Shown in pieces: positions 25,136 through 32,944 of a stretch of 32,944 nt of DNA. Numbering within the stretch: the first letter of the stretch is position 1; every line of letters begins with the position of its first letter. The stretch is from an uncultured Flavobacteriales bacterium (GTDB taxonomy: Bacteria; Bacteroidota; Bacteroidia; Flavobacteriales; BACL11): the NCBI GenBank assembly GCA_913052655.1, contig CAJXFN010000001.1, positions 1-32,944 of the forward strand. Reading direction: 5' to 3'. Both the position numbers and the translations under genes were made by a program. The notes beneath the pieces were generated by a model, which worked only from the letters and a program-made list of their open reading frames with translations, was not told where the DNA came from and did not search any database.

Positions 25136-26255
25136 AAGATCTTTTTATATTGGTAATTATTCTTCTTAAATCAGTTTCTGTCATATTAGAACCCGAAGGT
25201 AAACATAATCCATATTTAAACAAATATTCTGCATTATTAGTACCATAATACTTACATGAAGAAAAAATAGGTTGTAAGTGCATTGGTTTCCAAAGAGGTC
25301 GAGACTCTATATTATCAAATTGTAGATTCAATCTTAAATCCTCCCTACTCACTTTTGAATCTTCTGAAAGAAGAATTGTCGTTAACCATCTATTAGAATA
25401 AAAACCATTAGGCTCATCCACAAATGATATTTCTTTAATATCTGATAGTTCTTTCTTATAATAATCAAATATTTCCCTTCTTTTTTCCACTCTTTCCTGT
25501 AAAACTTCTAACTGTCCTAATCCGATTGCCGCCGAAACATTACTTAACCTGTAATTATAACCTATATGAGAATGTTCATAATGAGGAGCATTATCTCTAG
25601 CTTGTGTAGCTAAAAACTTTGCCTTTTTTATAGAATCTTCATTAGAAGAAATTAGAGCCCCACCTCCAGAGGTTGTTATTATTTTATTTCCATTAAAAGA
25701 ATAAACTCCAAACTCTGTTAAAGTGCCTAGGGGTTGATTAAAATAATTAGAGCCAAGCCCTTCTGCAGCATCTTCAATAATAGGAATATTATACTTTCTT
25801 GCAACTGCTATTATTTCATTCATCTTTGCCGGCATTCCATATAAATGAACTATAACAATTACTTTTGGCTTGATTCCGTTTTGTAACCTATCTCTGATAG
25901 CTATTTCTAAAGATTCGGGGCACATATTCCAAGTATCTATCTCTGAATCAATAAAAACAGGTGTAGCTCCTTGATAAACTATAGGATTTGCAGAAGCAGA
26001 AAATGTAAAGGAAGAACAAATCACCTCATCATTTCTTTCTACCCCTAATAAAATTAATGCTAGATGTATAGCTGAAGTTCCAGATCCAAGAGCAGCTACA
26101 TGTTTATTATCAGAAATCTTAGATAAATTTGTTTCAAAGTCATTTAAATGAGGACCCACGGGAGCAATCCAATTTAAATCAAATGCTTCTGTAACATATT
26201 TAAATTCATTATCTCCCATATGAGGAGACGATAACCATATTTTTTTGTTTTCCAT
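25125..26255 (-). CDS. PLP-dependent sugar aminotransferase, DegT/DnrJ/EryC1 family, PglE-like (UDP-4-keto-6-deoxy-GlcNAc C4 transaminase)
   Basis: Family motifs run throughout: LSSPHMGDNEFKYVTEAF..NWIAPVGP, the PLP-lysine region YSFNGNKIITTSGGGALIS, HYEHSHIGYNYRLSNVSAAIGLGQLEVL, SNRWLTT, ESRPLWKPMH and GLCLPSGSNMT. As far as I recall the C. jejuni PglE sequence, the resemblance is close. Confidence 0.9.
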   Translation of the reverse strand: MENKKIWLSSPHMGDNEFKYVTEAFDLNWIAPVGPHLNDFETNLSKISDNKHVAALGSGTSAIHLALILLGVERNDEVICSSFTFSASANPIVYQGATPVFIDSEIDTWNMCPESLEIAIRDRLQNGIKPKVIVIVHLYGMPAKMNEIIAVARKYNIPIIEDAAEGLGSNYFNQPLGTLTEFGVYSFNGNKIITTSGGGALISSNEDSIKKAKFLATQARDNAPHYEHSHIGYNYRLSNVSAAIGLGQLEVLQERVEKRREIFDYYKKELSDIKEISFVDEPNGFYSNRWLTTILLSEDSKVSREDLRLNLQFDNIESRPLWKPMHLQPIFSSCKYYGTNNAEYLFKYGLCLPSGSNMTETDLRRIITNIKRSFEK

Positions 26256-26843
26256 TTAATATGATGTTCTAAATATTGTTGCAAAGATAATTTTAATGTC
26301 TAACCAAAGGGACTGATTTTCATAATAATCTAAATTCAGTTTTACTTTATCAGGGAAAATAACCTCATCATTATATTTTTGAGGATTATCCTTAGTAGCT
26401 AAAATCTCTTCTTCATTTGCATATTTTAAACTTGCAGTTCCAGTTACACCTGGTCTGAGTTTAAGAACATTTCTATCTTTTCCCACTAATTTATCTGCAT
26501 ACCCAGGAACATCAGGTCTTGGACCTACTAAGCTCATTTCACCTTTTATAACATTCCACAGTTCAGGCAATTCATCTAATTTATATTTTCTTAAGAATAC
26601 TCCTATTTTAGTTATTCTTACATCTCCAAGAACAGTAGCAGTACTGTTTGATTCTTGTTGTACTGTCATGGACCTAAACTTTATCAAAGTAAAAAGTTTA
26701 CCATCCTTCCCTACTCTCTTTTGACAGAATAACACTGGACCAGATGAACTAATCTTAATGGCAATAGAAATTAGTATCAATACAGGCATTAACAGAATAA
26801 GTCCTATTAAAGAAGAACAAAAATCAAATAATCTTTTTGTCAT
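26256..26843 (-). CDS. Small monotopic phosphoglycosyl transferase (initiating sugar-phosphate transferase), PglC/WcfS-like
   Basis: It is 195 aa with a single N-terminal re-entrant helix (LIGLILLMPVLILISIAI). It carries the bacterial sugar transferase motifs KFRSM and LDELPELWNVIKGEMSLVGPRP. Confidence 0.9.
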   Translation of the reverse strand: MTKRLFDFCSSLIGLILLMPVLILISIAIKISSSGPVLFCQKRVGKDGKLFTLIKFRSMTVQQESNSTATVLGDVRITKIGVFLRKYKLDELPELWNVIKGEMSLVGPRPDVPGYADKLVGKDRNVLKLRPGVTGTASLKYANEEEILATKDNPQKYNDEVIFPDKVKLNLDYYENQSLWLDIKIIFATIFRTSY

Positions 26844-27596
26844 CTATATTCTTTTTTTAATAGCATTATAAACGTAACTAACAAAACATATTGTACTATA
26901 CAACAAATTTAATTTTTCTATTGTTCTATACACACCCCAAACCTCTTTTGCAGCTTTCCACTTTTTAGAGGTATTTGAAGTTGATACAATTCTATAATAT
27001 GCTAAGTTTTCATTTAAACCATAAGCAGTAAAGCCTCTCTTCATTATTAATAACCAAAGCGCCATATCATGAGAAGATCTAATATTTGGCATATAAAAAT
27101 CTCCAGTTTTTTCTCTGTCAATTATAACAGTCAAGCAACCAATAATTGTATTTTTTAAATAAGAGTGGTAATCAATTTCTTTAGGAGCTACTATTTTAGA
27201 ATATTTTTCCACTCCATTTTCGGAAATAGGCTGGTATGAGGTAAAAGAAAATGCAACATCATTTTTACTCATAAATTTTAGTTGCTTTTCTAACTTATTT
27301 TTCTTCCATAAATCATCTGAATCTAGAAATGCAATGTATTTTCCTTTTGATTCTTTGATCGCAATATTTCTAGCTTTTGCAGCTCCAACATTCTCTTCCA
27401 AAAGAATTACTTTGATACGATTATTCTTTTTAGCATATTTTGTAACTACCTGAATTGAATCATCTGTAGAACAATCGTCTACAATAATCATTTCCCAGTC
27501 TTTATATGTTTGAGAAGTAACAGAATTAATACACTCTTCAATAAATTTTGAAGAGTTATAAGAAGGAGTAATAATAGAAACTAAATTATTTTTCAT
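26844..27596 (-). CDS. Glycosyltransferase family 2
   Basis: VSIITPSYNSSKFIEECINSVTSQTYKDWEMIIVDDCSTDDS plus the DSDD (DXD) motif are a classic GT2 (GT-A) N-terminus. Confidence 0.9.
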   Translation of the reverse strand: MKNNLVSIITPSYNSSKFIEECINSVTSQTYKDWEMIIVDDCSTDDSIQVVTKYAKKNNRIKVILLEENVGAAKARNIAIKESKGKYIAFLDSDDLWKKNKLEKQLKFMSKNDVAFSFTSYQPISENGVEKYSKIVAPKEIDYHSYLKNTIIGCLTVIIDREKTGDFYMPNIRSSHDMALWLLIMKRGFTAYGLNENLAYYRIVSTSNTSKKWKAAKEVWGVYRTIEKLNLLYSTICFVSYVYNAIKKRI

Positions 27597-28515
27597 CTAA
27601 CATTGATTTTATTTTCTTTGCGTCCTCATCATCTGTTTTCTGAATTATATTATAGTTAAATGAAGTAGGGATATTATCTAAATTTAAATTTAAATCAATA
27701 TCATGTTTTTTAACAAATTCCTTCACATCTTTCAGAAATTGATGAGGATTACAGCATATCTCCTCATATCTAACTACCAAAGTATCTTTTTCTGAAATTG
27801 AAGTTTCTATATTTTTTTGTACAGTTTTAAATTGCCAAAATGTTTTATCAATAACATCTAGATCTTTCCTTTCCTTCCATCCCTTTGGTTTTACAGACAT
27901 CCATTCAAATTCTATTCTATTTTTATCAAACTCTCTATATGTTTTCACCATTGAATATATGTTTGACAACTCATCTCTCTTCAAATAAATAAAAACACTA
28001 CCCGGAAAAAAATTTCGTAGGAATCTAATTGAAAAAACATGTCCTAGATACCCACTAATCAGTGGTTTTTTATTATTTACTAAAGTTGAAAAAACTGACT
28101 GTATATATTTTATTCGATTCTCAGCTATTGTATTTCTAGTTTGTTCCAAACCTTGGCCTATCCAATAGCTCCAGAATTTCATTCCCTCGGATTCTCCTGA
28201 AACACCCGACACTAATCCTATATCAGATTTAAAATCATTATTTTTATAGGAATCATTTACCTTCTTACCACCAAAAAGAGGTAAAGCATACAATAAATTC
28301 CAGAAATTTGAAATATATAAACTTTTAGTACCTCTATTTAAAATCTGATAAGTAAGAGTAGAACCACTTCTTGGGGTAGCAACTAAAAAAATGATTGGAA
28401 ATTTATCTCTTCTCTTTTTCTTGAAAAAGAACTCTATCCAAGTTAAAAACAAAGGTGGTATAGCTTGAAAAAATCTAGCTGTTTTAAGTAATATTGGATT
28501 AGTTCCTTGTCTCAC
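27586..28515 (-). CDS. Sulfotransferase family protein (Sulfotransfer_3-like)
   Basis: The 5'-PSB loop is VATPRSGSTLTYQIL. The 3'-PB-like motif is YLKRDELSNIYS. The C-terminal region VVRYEEICCNPHQFLKDVKEFV is typical of bacterial PAPS-dependent sulfotransferases. Confidence 0.75.
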   Translation of the reverse strand: MRQGTNPILLKTARFFQAIPPLFLTWIEFFFKKKRRDKFPIIFLVATPRSGSTLTYQILNRGTKSLYISNFWNLLYALPLFGGKKVNDSYKNNDFKSDIGLVSGVSGESEGMKFWSYWIGQGLEQTRNTIAENRIKYIQSVFSTLVNNKKPLISGYLGHVFSIRFLRNFFPGSVFIYLKRDELSNIYSMVKTYREFDKNRIEFEWMSVKPKGWKERKDLDVIDKTFWQFKTVQKNIETSISEKDTLVVRYEEICCNPHQFLKDVKEFVKKHDIDLNLNLDNIPTSFNYNIIQKTDDEDAKKIKSMLDEK

Positions 28516-29311
28516 AACTTCTTCTAATAAATTCTTGATTTAACAATATATTTAGTTTTACAATGAGTCCAAAACTAAATATTGAAAGGATATGTCTTAA
28601 TGGGTATAATATTTGTATTAATAACTTAATCTTCTTACTATAGTGAATATGTAAATTGCAATAGGCTTTTCTAAAACAGAATTTCTCAATAAGAAAGTCT
28701 TGTATATTAGTTTTATGAGATATACTTCTAGCTCCATCATTCACATATTTAAATTCTTTTTCATTTAAATAATACTGATTCATTGTATAAAACAATGCAT
28801 AACTAGGGTAAAACTTTAAATAGTTTGGATGAAACTTTATTGTTGAATAATCACAATAGTTATTAATTATCTTATTTTGACTATATCCTATCATTAGAGA
28901 CCCCTTATAGATAGCCCAGAAATCCCAATTCCCTTTTAAATTTTCAATCTCAAATTTAAACTCAGATTCAGATTTTGGCACTAAATGGGTATTATAATTA
29001 TTAAAAGCAGAAACATATGAATAAAATCCTTTATTTATTATTTCTTTCTTTTCAACTTTTTTCACCTTACAATGTTTCAGTCCTCTTCTAATCTTACTTC
29101 TGGTATTTCTACTATAGTCCTGCAAATCCATTATTCTATCACAAATAACATACCAAAATTCTGTTTTTTTCTCTTGATCAAAATTTGAAACCCAACGCGC
29201 AAAAAAAGCGTTATGAGACTGAATCTGATTATCGATATCATGTATATCAATATCTTCATGTGGTAGACACTTAGGTATAATCGCTCCATTATATTTTCTC
29301 CAAGAACTCAC
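28499..29311 (-). CDS. FemAB / Acetyltransf_6-like (GNAT-fold) acyl- or aminoacyl-transferase, putative
   Basis: I recognise no strong named motif. The basic segment SRNTRSKIRRGLKHCKVKKVEK resembles the conserved k.R.niRkaek.gv element of FemABX/BioF2-like transferases. A second-half pattern follows (WDFWAIYKGSLMIGYSQN...YDYSTIKF...YPSYALFY...DGARS). The assignment is tentative. Confidence 0.5.
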   Translation of the reverse strand: MSSWRKYNGAIIPKCLPHEDIDIHDIDNQIQSHNAFFARWVSNFDQEKKTEFWYVICDRIMDLQDYSRNTRSKIRRGLKHCKVKKVEKKEIINKGFYSYVSAFNNYNTHLVPKSESEFKFEIENLKGNWDFWAIYKGSLMIGYSQNKIINNYCDYSTIKFHPNYLKFYPSYALFYTMNQYYLNEKEFKYVNDGARSISHKTNIQDFLIEKFCFRKAYCNLHIHYSKKIKLLIQILYPLRHILSIFSFGLIVKLNILLNQEFIRRSCETRN

Positions 29312-30106
29312 TTATTCTATACTAAATAAATTTCTTCTCAATCTAAAAGTAATATAATACAAAAATTTAAAAACTAATGATGTATTAAATTTATCAATTC
29401 TACTAATATCATTTAATTTCCTATTAGAGAAGAACTTCTTATAATTATCAATATTTCCCTCCCTCAATAATTTAACCCTACCCTTTTTTACCGTAGAATA
29501 ATATTTAGTTTTACCTCTAGCTATGTCATCTCTCATATTGGCAATAGAGGTTTTTTCTTTAATTACTAACAGTTCATCATCTGTTAAAGGATTTAACTTT
29601 AAAACTTTAGCGATTCTTTGTGCAGATTTATCAAAATCCGTCTTTAAATCAGAAAAATGAATGAAATTTTCCTTATTAAAAGCTTCTTTATATTTCTGAT
29701 TAAACAATACAATCTCATAAGATTTCAATCTTCCAATTGTCCAATAATAGACACTGAAGTTTCTTATAAACGAATATTTATTTTTTAAATGAAAGAAATG
29801 AGAAACAATAGAATCTTTAATATTTCTTTCTGAAAAAAGGAATACTACTGAATCAGGATACTTTCTGTTAATAGTATTGTTCTTAAAAAAATGAGATTTA
29901 TTTATATAATAATTATTGTCATAATCTTCATTTACTAAGAATTCCCAGAATTTACTTTCAATAATAGGTGTAGGAGAATCTATATTATTAGTATATCGCT
30001 CATCTATCTCTGAGGGTATAATATTTCTAGATTTTAAAATTTCTATAGTAATAGCATGAAGCCAACTTGACCCCGATTTAAAAACTCCATTACATATAAT
30101 TAACAT
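29312..30106 (-). CDS. Sulfotransferase (Sulfotransfer_1-like)
   Basis: The 5'-PSB loop is GVFKSGSSWLH (cf. PKSGTTW). The 3'-PB motif is SERNIKDSIVSHFFH (R..D..vS). The C-terminal LLREGNIDNYKKFFS resembles RKG..GDWKN.FT. It is not paralogous to the other sulfotransferase. Confidence 0.75.
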   Translation of the reverse strand: MLIICNGVFKSGSSWLHAITIEILKSRNIIPSEIDERYTNNIDSPTPIIESKFWEFLVNEDYDNNYYINKSHFFKNNTINRKYPDSVVFLFSERNIKDSIVSHFFHLKNKYSFIRNFSVYYWTIGRLKSYEIVLFNQKYKEAFNKENFIHFSDLKTDFDKSAQRIAKVLKLNPLTDDELLVIKEKTSIANMRDDIARGKTKYYSTVKKGRVKLLREGNIDNYKKFFSNRKLNDISRIDKFNTSLVFKFLYYITFRLRRNLFSIE

Positions 30107-30110
30107 CTTA

Positions 30111-31112
30111 TTAAATTAAAAACATTCTTGAACTACTAAAAACTAACACAGGTACACTGAAAGTTATCAGCAAAAATAATCTAAAAATCATTCTATTACC
30201 ATAATTGGTAATTGAATTTGAGTATCTATATAAATCAAAGAGAAAAAAGACGAGAAACATCATACCTAATCTTTCTGAAATCATGTCATATTTCAAAGTA
30301 GCTAATCCTGTCATTAACAGAATAATAATGATTAAAGAAGGGGTCTTTTTGAATAAATCGATAATATTAAACTTAAATTTTATTAGATAAAGAATAAATG
30401 AAGATAAGAACATAAATAAATATATCATACTCATATCAACACCTGTTGACCTAGCTGACTTAAACTGAGAAGCATAATTAAATAAGAAAACAAATAAGAG
30501 CGATATTGTGAGAGAAATCAATATTCTGAAATAAATATTAAATCTTAATAATTTATTAATTGCAAAAATTGGCAATAATATTATAGATGTATTATGAATA
30601 AAAATAGAAATTATATAAAAGAAAATAGATCTTGAATAACTGATCTTTATAATTGAATACGCATACAAAGAAAATATTGTAGCAAATAATTGTCTATAAA
30701 TATTTTCATAACCAAAAAACAATGGAAAACTAGTGGATAACACTACAATAAGTCCTACGGATAGTTTATTAGTAATTACAGATTCTTTTGATAAATTAAT
30801 AGAAGCTCTAATTAAAGTTATTATCCAAATAAGATCCATGAAAAGAAATACAGCTATTTCATTATTAAGAATACTATAAAAAAATCTTAAACTATACCAA
30901 AATACAAATTCCCTTAAATAATATAAATTATTTCCTGTAGATGACATCTCTTTAGCATACGTAATCATATCTGTATCAAAACCTGAAGTTCTTACCACTA
31001 CCATAAAAACAAGGAGACAAGGAATATAAAACAACCACATTACATATTTATTCTCAGAAAGTATTGTAATTACTCCTATTAGGATTAATAATATATAGAA
31101 GGATAATTCCAT
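30111..31112 (-). CDS. EpsG-family / Wzy-like polytopic membrane protein (putative glycan polymerase), copy 2
   Basis: It is 333 aa with about 10 hydrophobic segments. Its size and topology are typical of EpsG/O-antigen polymerases. It is clearly paralogous to the adjacent 331-aa ORF; shared blocks are listed under that entry. Confidence 0.65.
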   Translation of the reverse strand: MELSFYILLILIGVITILSENKYVMWLFYIPCLLVFMVVVRTSGFDTDMITYAKEMSSTGNNLYYLREFVFWYSLRFFYSILNNEIAVFLFMDLIWIITLIRASINLSKESVITNKLSVGLIVVLSTSFPLFFGYENIYRQLFATIFSLYAYSIIKISYSRSIFFYIISIFIHNTSIILLPIFAINKLLRFNIYFRILISLTISLLFVFLFNYASQFKSARSTGVDMSMIYLFMFLSSFILYLIKFKFNIIDLFKKTPSLIIIILLMTGLATLKYDMISERLGMMFLVFFLFDLYRYSNSITNYGNRMIFRLFLLITFSVPVLVFSSSRMFLI

Positions 31113-32108
31113 TTAAATTAAAAATTGTTTTGAACTATCAAAAAAAAGTGTTGGTAATGTAAATAATAACATTAAAGATAATCGAACTAACGCTCTTATG
31201 CTTTTTATTCTTATCTCAGACGAGTATAAATAAAGATCATATGTAAGAAAACAAATAAACATCATTCCAAGCCTTTCAGCCACCATATCTACATTTAAGC
31301 TTACAAGTCCTGTCATCAAAACCACAATAAATAACAATGAAGGAACTTTTTCAAAAAGATTATAAATATTTTTCCTGAAAACTAATAATCCTATTAACAA
31401 AAGCATAACAAATATCAACAAATAGAATACTCCCATATTTAAACCTGTCTGTTCTGCTGATTTTAGATTTGATAAGATACTTAAGCTAGCAACAAATAAT
31501 AATGAAACAATTAGTGAGATCTGTATTCTGTCAGAAAAATTGAACTTATAAAATCTTTTAATAAAAAATAATGGCAGTAATAGAGCAACAATATTATGCA
31601 TGAAAAATGAAATGACAAATATACAGATAGAACTATAATATTTCTTTTCTATTAAAGAGTAGGAGTAAAGAGAAAAAACAGTAGCATAAAATTGTCTATA
31701 TATATTTTCGTAACCAAATACAAATGGAAATGATGTAAGTAACACAAGTAATAATGCATTATTAATATTTTCCTTATTATTTTTCGACATTCTATTACCT
31801 GTTCTTATCATTACAAGGATCCATATAAGATCCATAAACAAAAATGAATAAAGTTCATCTTGAATCACAAAATAAACAAATCTACTTCCGAACCAAAAAA
31901 TAAATTCTCTTAGATAATATAGATCCATTCCAGTAGCATGCATTTGTCTAGCATAATCTATTATATCAGTATCAAACCCTTCGTTTCTAACGATATATAG
32001 AAAACAAAATGTGAATGGAATAAATATCCACTTAAAAAGCCTTCTGCTTTCCGTCAATATTGTTACTGTAGACAAAAAAATCAAAAATATGTAAGCAGAT
32101 AATTCCAA
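31113..32108 (-). CDS. EpsG-family / Wzy-like polytopic membrane protein (putative glycan polymerase), copy 1
   Basis: It is 331 aa and a paralog of 30111-31112, about half the residues identical by eye. Shared blocks are GFDTD.I.YA..M..TG..LYYLREF.FW, FLFMDLIWI, TSFP..FGYENIYRQ..AT.FSLY.YS, PSL..I.LMTGL and ERLGMMF. It abuts both neighbours with no intergenic bases. Confidence 0.65.
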   Translation of the reverse strand: MELSAYIFLIFLSTVTILTESRRLFKWIFIPFTFCFLYIVRNEGFDTDIIDYARQMHATGMDLYYLREFIFWFGSRFVYFVIQDELYSFLFMDLIWILVMIRTGNRMSKNNKENINNALLLVLLTSFPFVFGYENIYRQFYATVFSLYSYSLIEKKYYSSICIFVISFFMHNIVALLLPLFFIKRFYKFNFSDRIQISLIVSLLFVASLSILSNLKSAEQTGLNMGVFYLLIFVMLLLIGLLVFRKNIYNLFEKVPSLLFIVVLMTGLVSLNVDMVAERLGMMFICFLTYDLYLYSSEIRIKSIRALVRLSLMLLFTLPTLFFDSSKQFLI

Positions 32109-32944
32109 TTACTTGTTATTTTTTAAATAATAATTATAGGAAAATATAGATAAAATCAAAGTTACTATAGTAGTAGAATATATCATTATTAGAGATTCTG
32201 TAATTACCGAATGATGCATTATAATAGAATAAATAAAACCAAATACAATAGATAAAATAAATATAATTGAAATATTTCTTCTGACTTTTCTACTAGATTC
32301 AATAGGTAAAGAGAAAAATGGCTGAAATAGAGTGGTTGAAATAAAGATTAAAACAAAAGCATAGCTTAAATCTTGAATAAAAAGAGTTGTATTTTGCACA
32401 TCTTTTAAGTTAAATTCACCCCTCATGTAAACCAACTTTATTAACTCAAAACCATAGAATTCTAAACAAAATACTAAACTCACGCCCACAAAAACAGATA
32501 TTAACAAAGAGTAAAACATAAAAATACTATTTTTTCTTATAGAAACCTTTCTAAGAAGAAGAGTGCTAATATTTCCGATAATTGCGGTTAACATGGCGTT
32601 TAGTATAAAAACCGAATAAGTATAATATGTAATAGATATTCCACCATCAGAACCAGATACAAGACGAGATGAAATAATAATGATATTTGCAAAATTCCCT
32701 AATATTAAAGTTGGGATATTTAAATCTCTTCTAGATATCGGGATTTCATATCCATCTGTCTTTTTATTCATAGGAATTATGTAAGCAATTGTTAATGAAA
32801 GAATTCCTATTAATCTACTTATCACTAAACCAAATACATTAAAAAACAAGGTTAATGGATATATAAAAACTGCAACTAAGAAAGAATTGAGAGTTGTTGC
32901 TAATGAATATGAATAGAATTTTGCTTCAGCCTGCATTATTGTTA
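32109..32944 (-). CDS. Wzx/MurJ-like (MOP superfamily) flippase, C-terminal part; probably N-terminally truncated by the window edge
   Basis: The visible 275 aa are polytopic membrane sequence. The frame stays open beyond the Met at 32936 to the window end (32937-32942 read Thr-Ile), and flippases of this type are usually 400-500 aa. The position upstream of polymerase-like genes fits a Wzx/Wzy-dependent locus. Confidence 0.55.
   Translation of the reverse strand, partial: TIMQAEAKFYSYSLATTLNSFLVAVFIYPLTLFFNVFGLVISRLIGILSLTIAYIIPMNKKTDGYEIPISRRDLNIPTLILGNFANIIIISSRLVSGSDGGISITYYTYSVFILNAMLTAIIGNISTLLLRKVSIRKNSIFMFYSLLISVFVGVSLVFCLEFYGFELIKLVYMRGEFNLKDVQNTTLFIQDLSYAFVLIFISTTLFQPFFSLPIESSRKVRRNISIIFILSIVFGFIYSIIMHHSVITESLIMIYSTTIVTLILSIFSYNYYLKNNK

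Noticed and set aside
24840-25169. 109-aa plus-strand ORF
   Set aside because: It is antisense to the N-terminal membrane region of the PglF-like gene and the end of the aminotransferase gene. I recognise no motifs in it.
30205-30390. 61-aa plus-strand ORF
   Set aside because: It is antisense to the EpsG-like membrane protein gene and is a shadow ORF in very AT-rich DNA.
1-32944. Genomic island / mobile element interpretation
   Set aside because: I saw no integrase, transposase, tRNA, flanking direct repeats or phage genes. The glycan operon looks more AT-rich than the giant genes by eye. Amino-acid composition (Gly/Thr/Ser/Asp-rich versus membrane/Lys-rich proteins) can explain that, and I cannot compute it reliably here.

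Overview
AT-rich segment (about one-third GC by eye) with Bacteroidota hallmarks: T9SS C-terminal sorting domains, SprB-type repeats, TAnnTTTG -7 promoter boxes and no Shine-Dalgarno sequences. It has two parts. (1) Positions 1-20550 hold three very large genes for secreted, repeat-built cell-surface proteins: >2807 aa (partial), 1593 aa and 2197 aa. The first (minus strand, ATG at 8422, running off the left edge) is missing from the supplied ORF track. I translated it codon by codon and found no stop in 2807 codons. It and its 1593-aa neighbour share an unusual set of modules: DS[YWF]GDG[W/ICC] modules, a 23-aa Cys-bracketed GCTD...DDGSC linker (21 + 8 copies), MAM/jelly-roll domains and a paralogous FN3-like tail. 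A GC-rich, structured, terminator-containing leader precedes the giant gene. (2) Positions 22203-32944 hold a tightly packed 11-gene minus-strand glycan operon. In transcription order: Wzx-like flippase (partial), two tandem EpsG/Wzy-like paralogs, a Sulfotransfer_1-like enzyme, a FemAB-like acyl/aminoacyl transferase, a second unrelated sulfotransferase, a GT2, PglC-, PglE- and PglF-like amino-sugar genes with no PglD-type acetyltransferase, and a DUF1972-type GT4. A TPR + SPOR-like periplasmic protein lies between the two parts. I found no rRNA, tRNA, CRISPR array, transposase or integrase. Most interesting hypothesis: the glycan operon makes a sulfated, aminoacylated amino-sugar polymer that could anchor the adjacent T9SS cargo at the cell surface. 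This is inference only.
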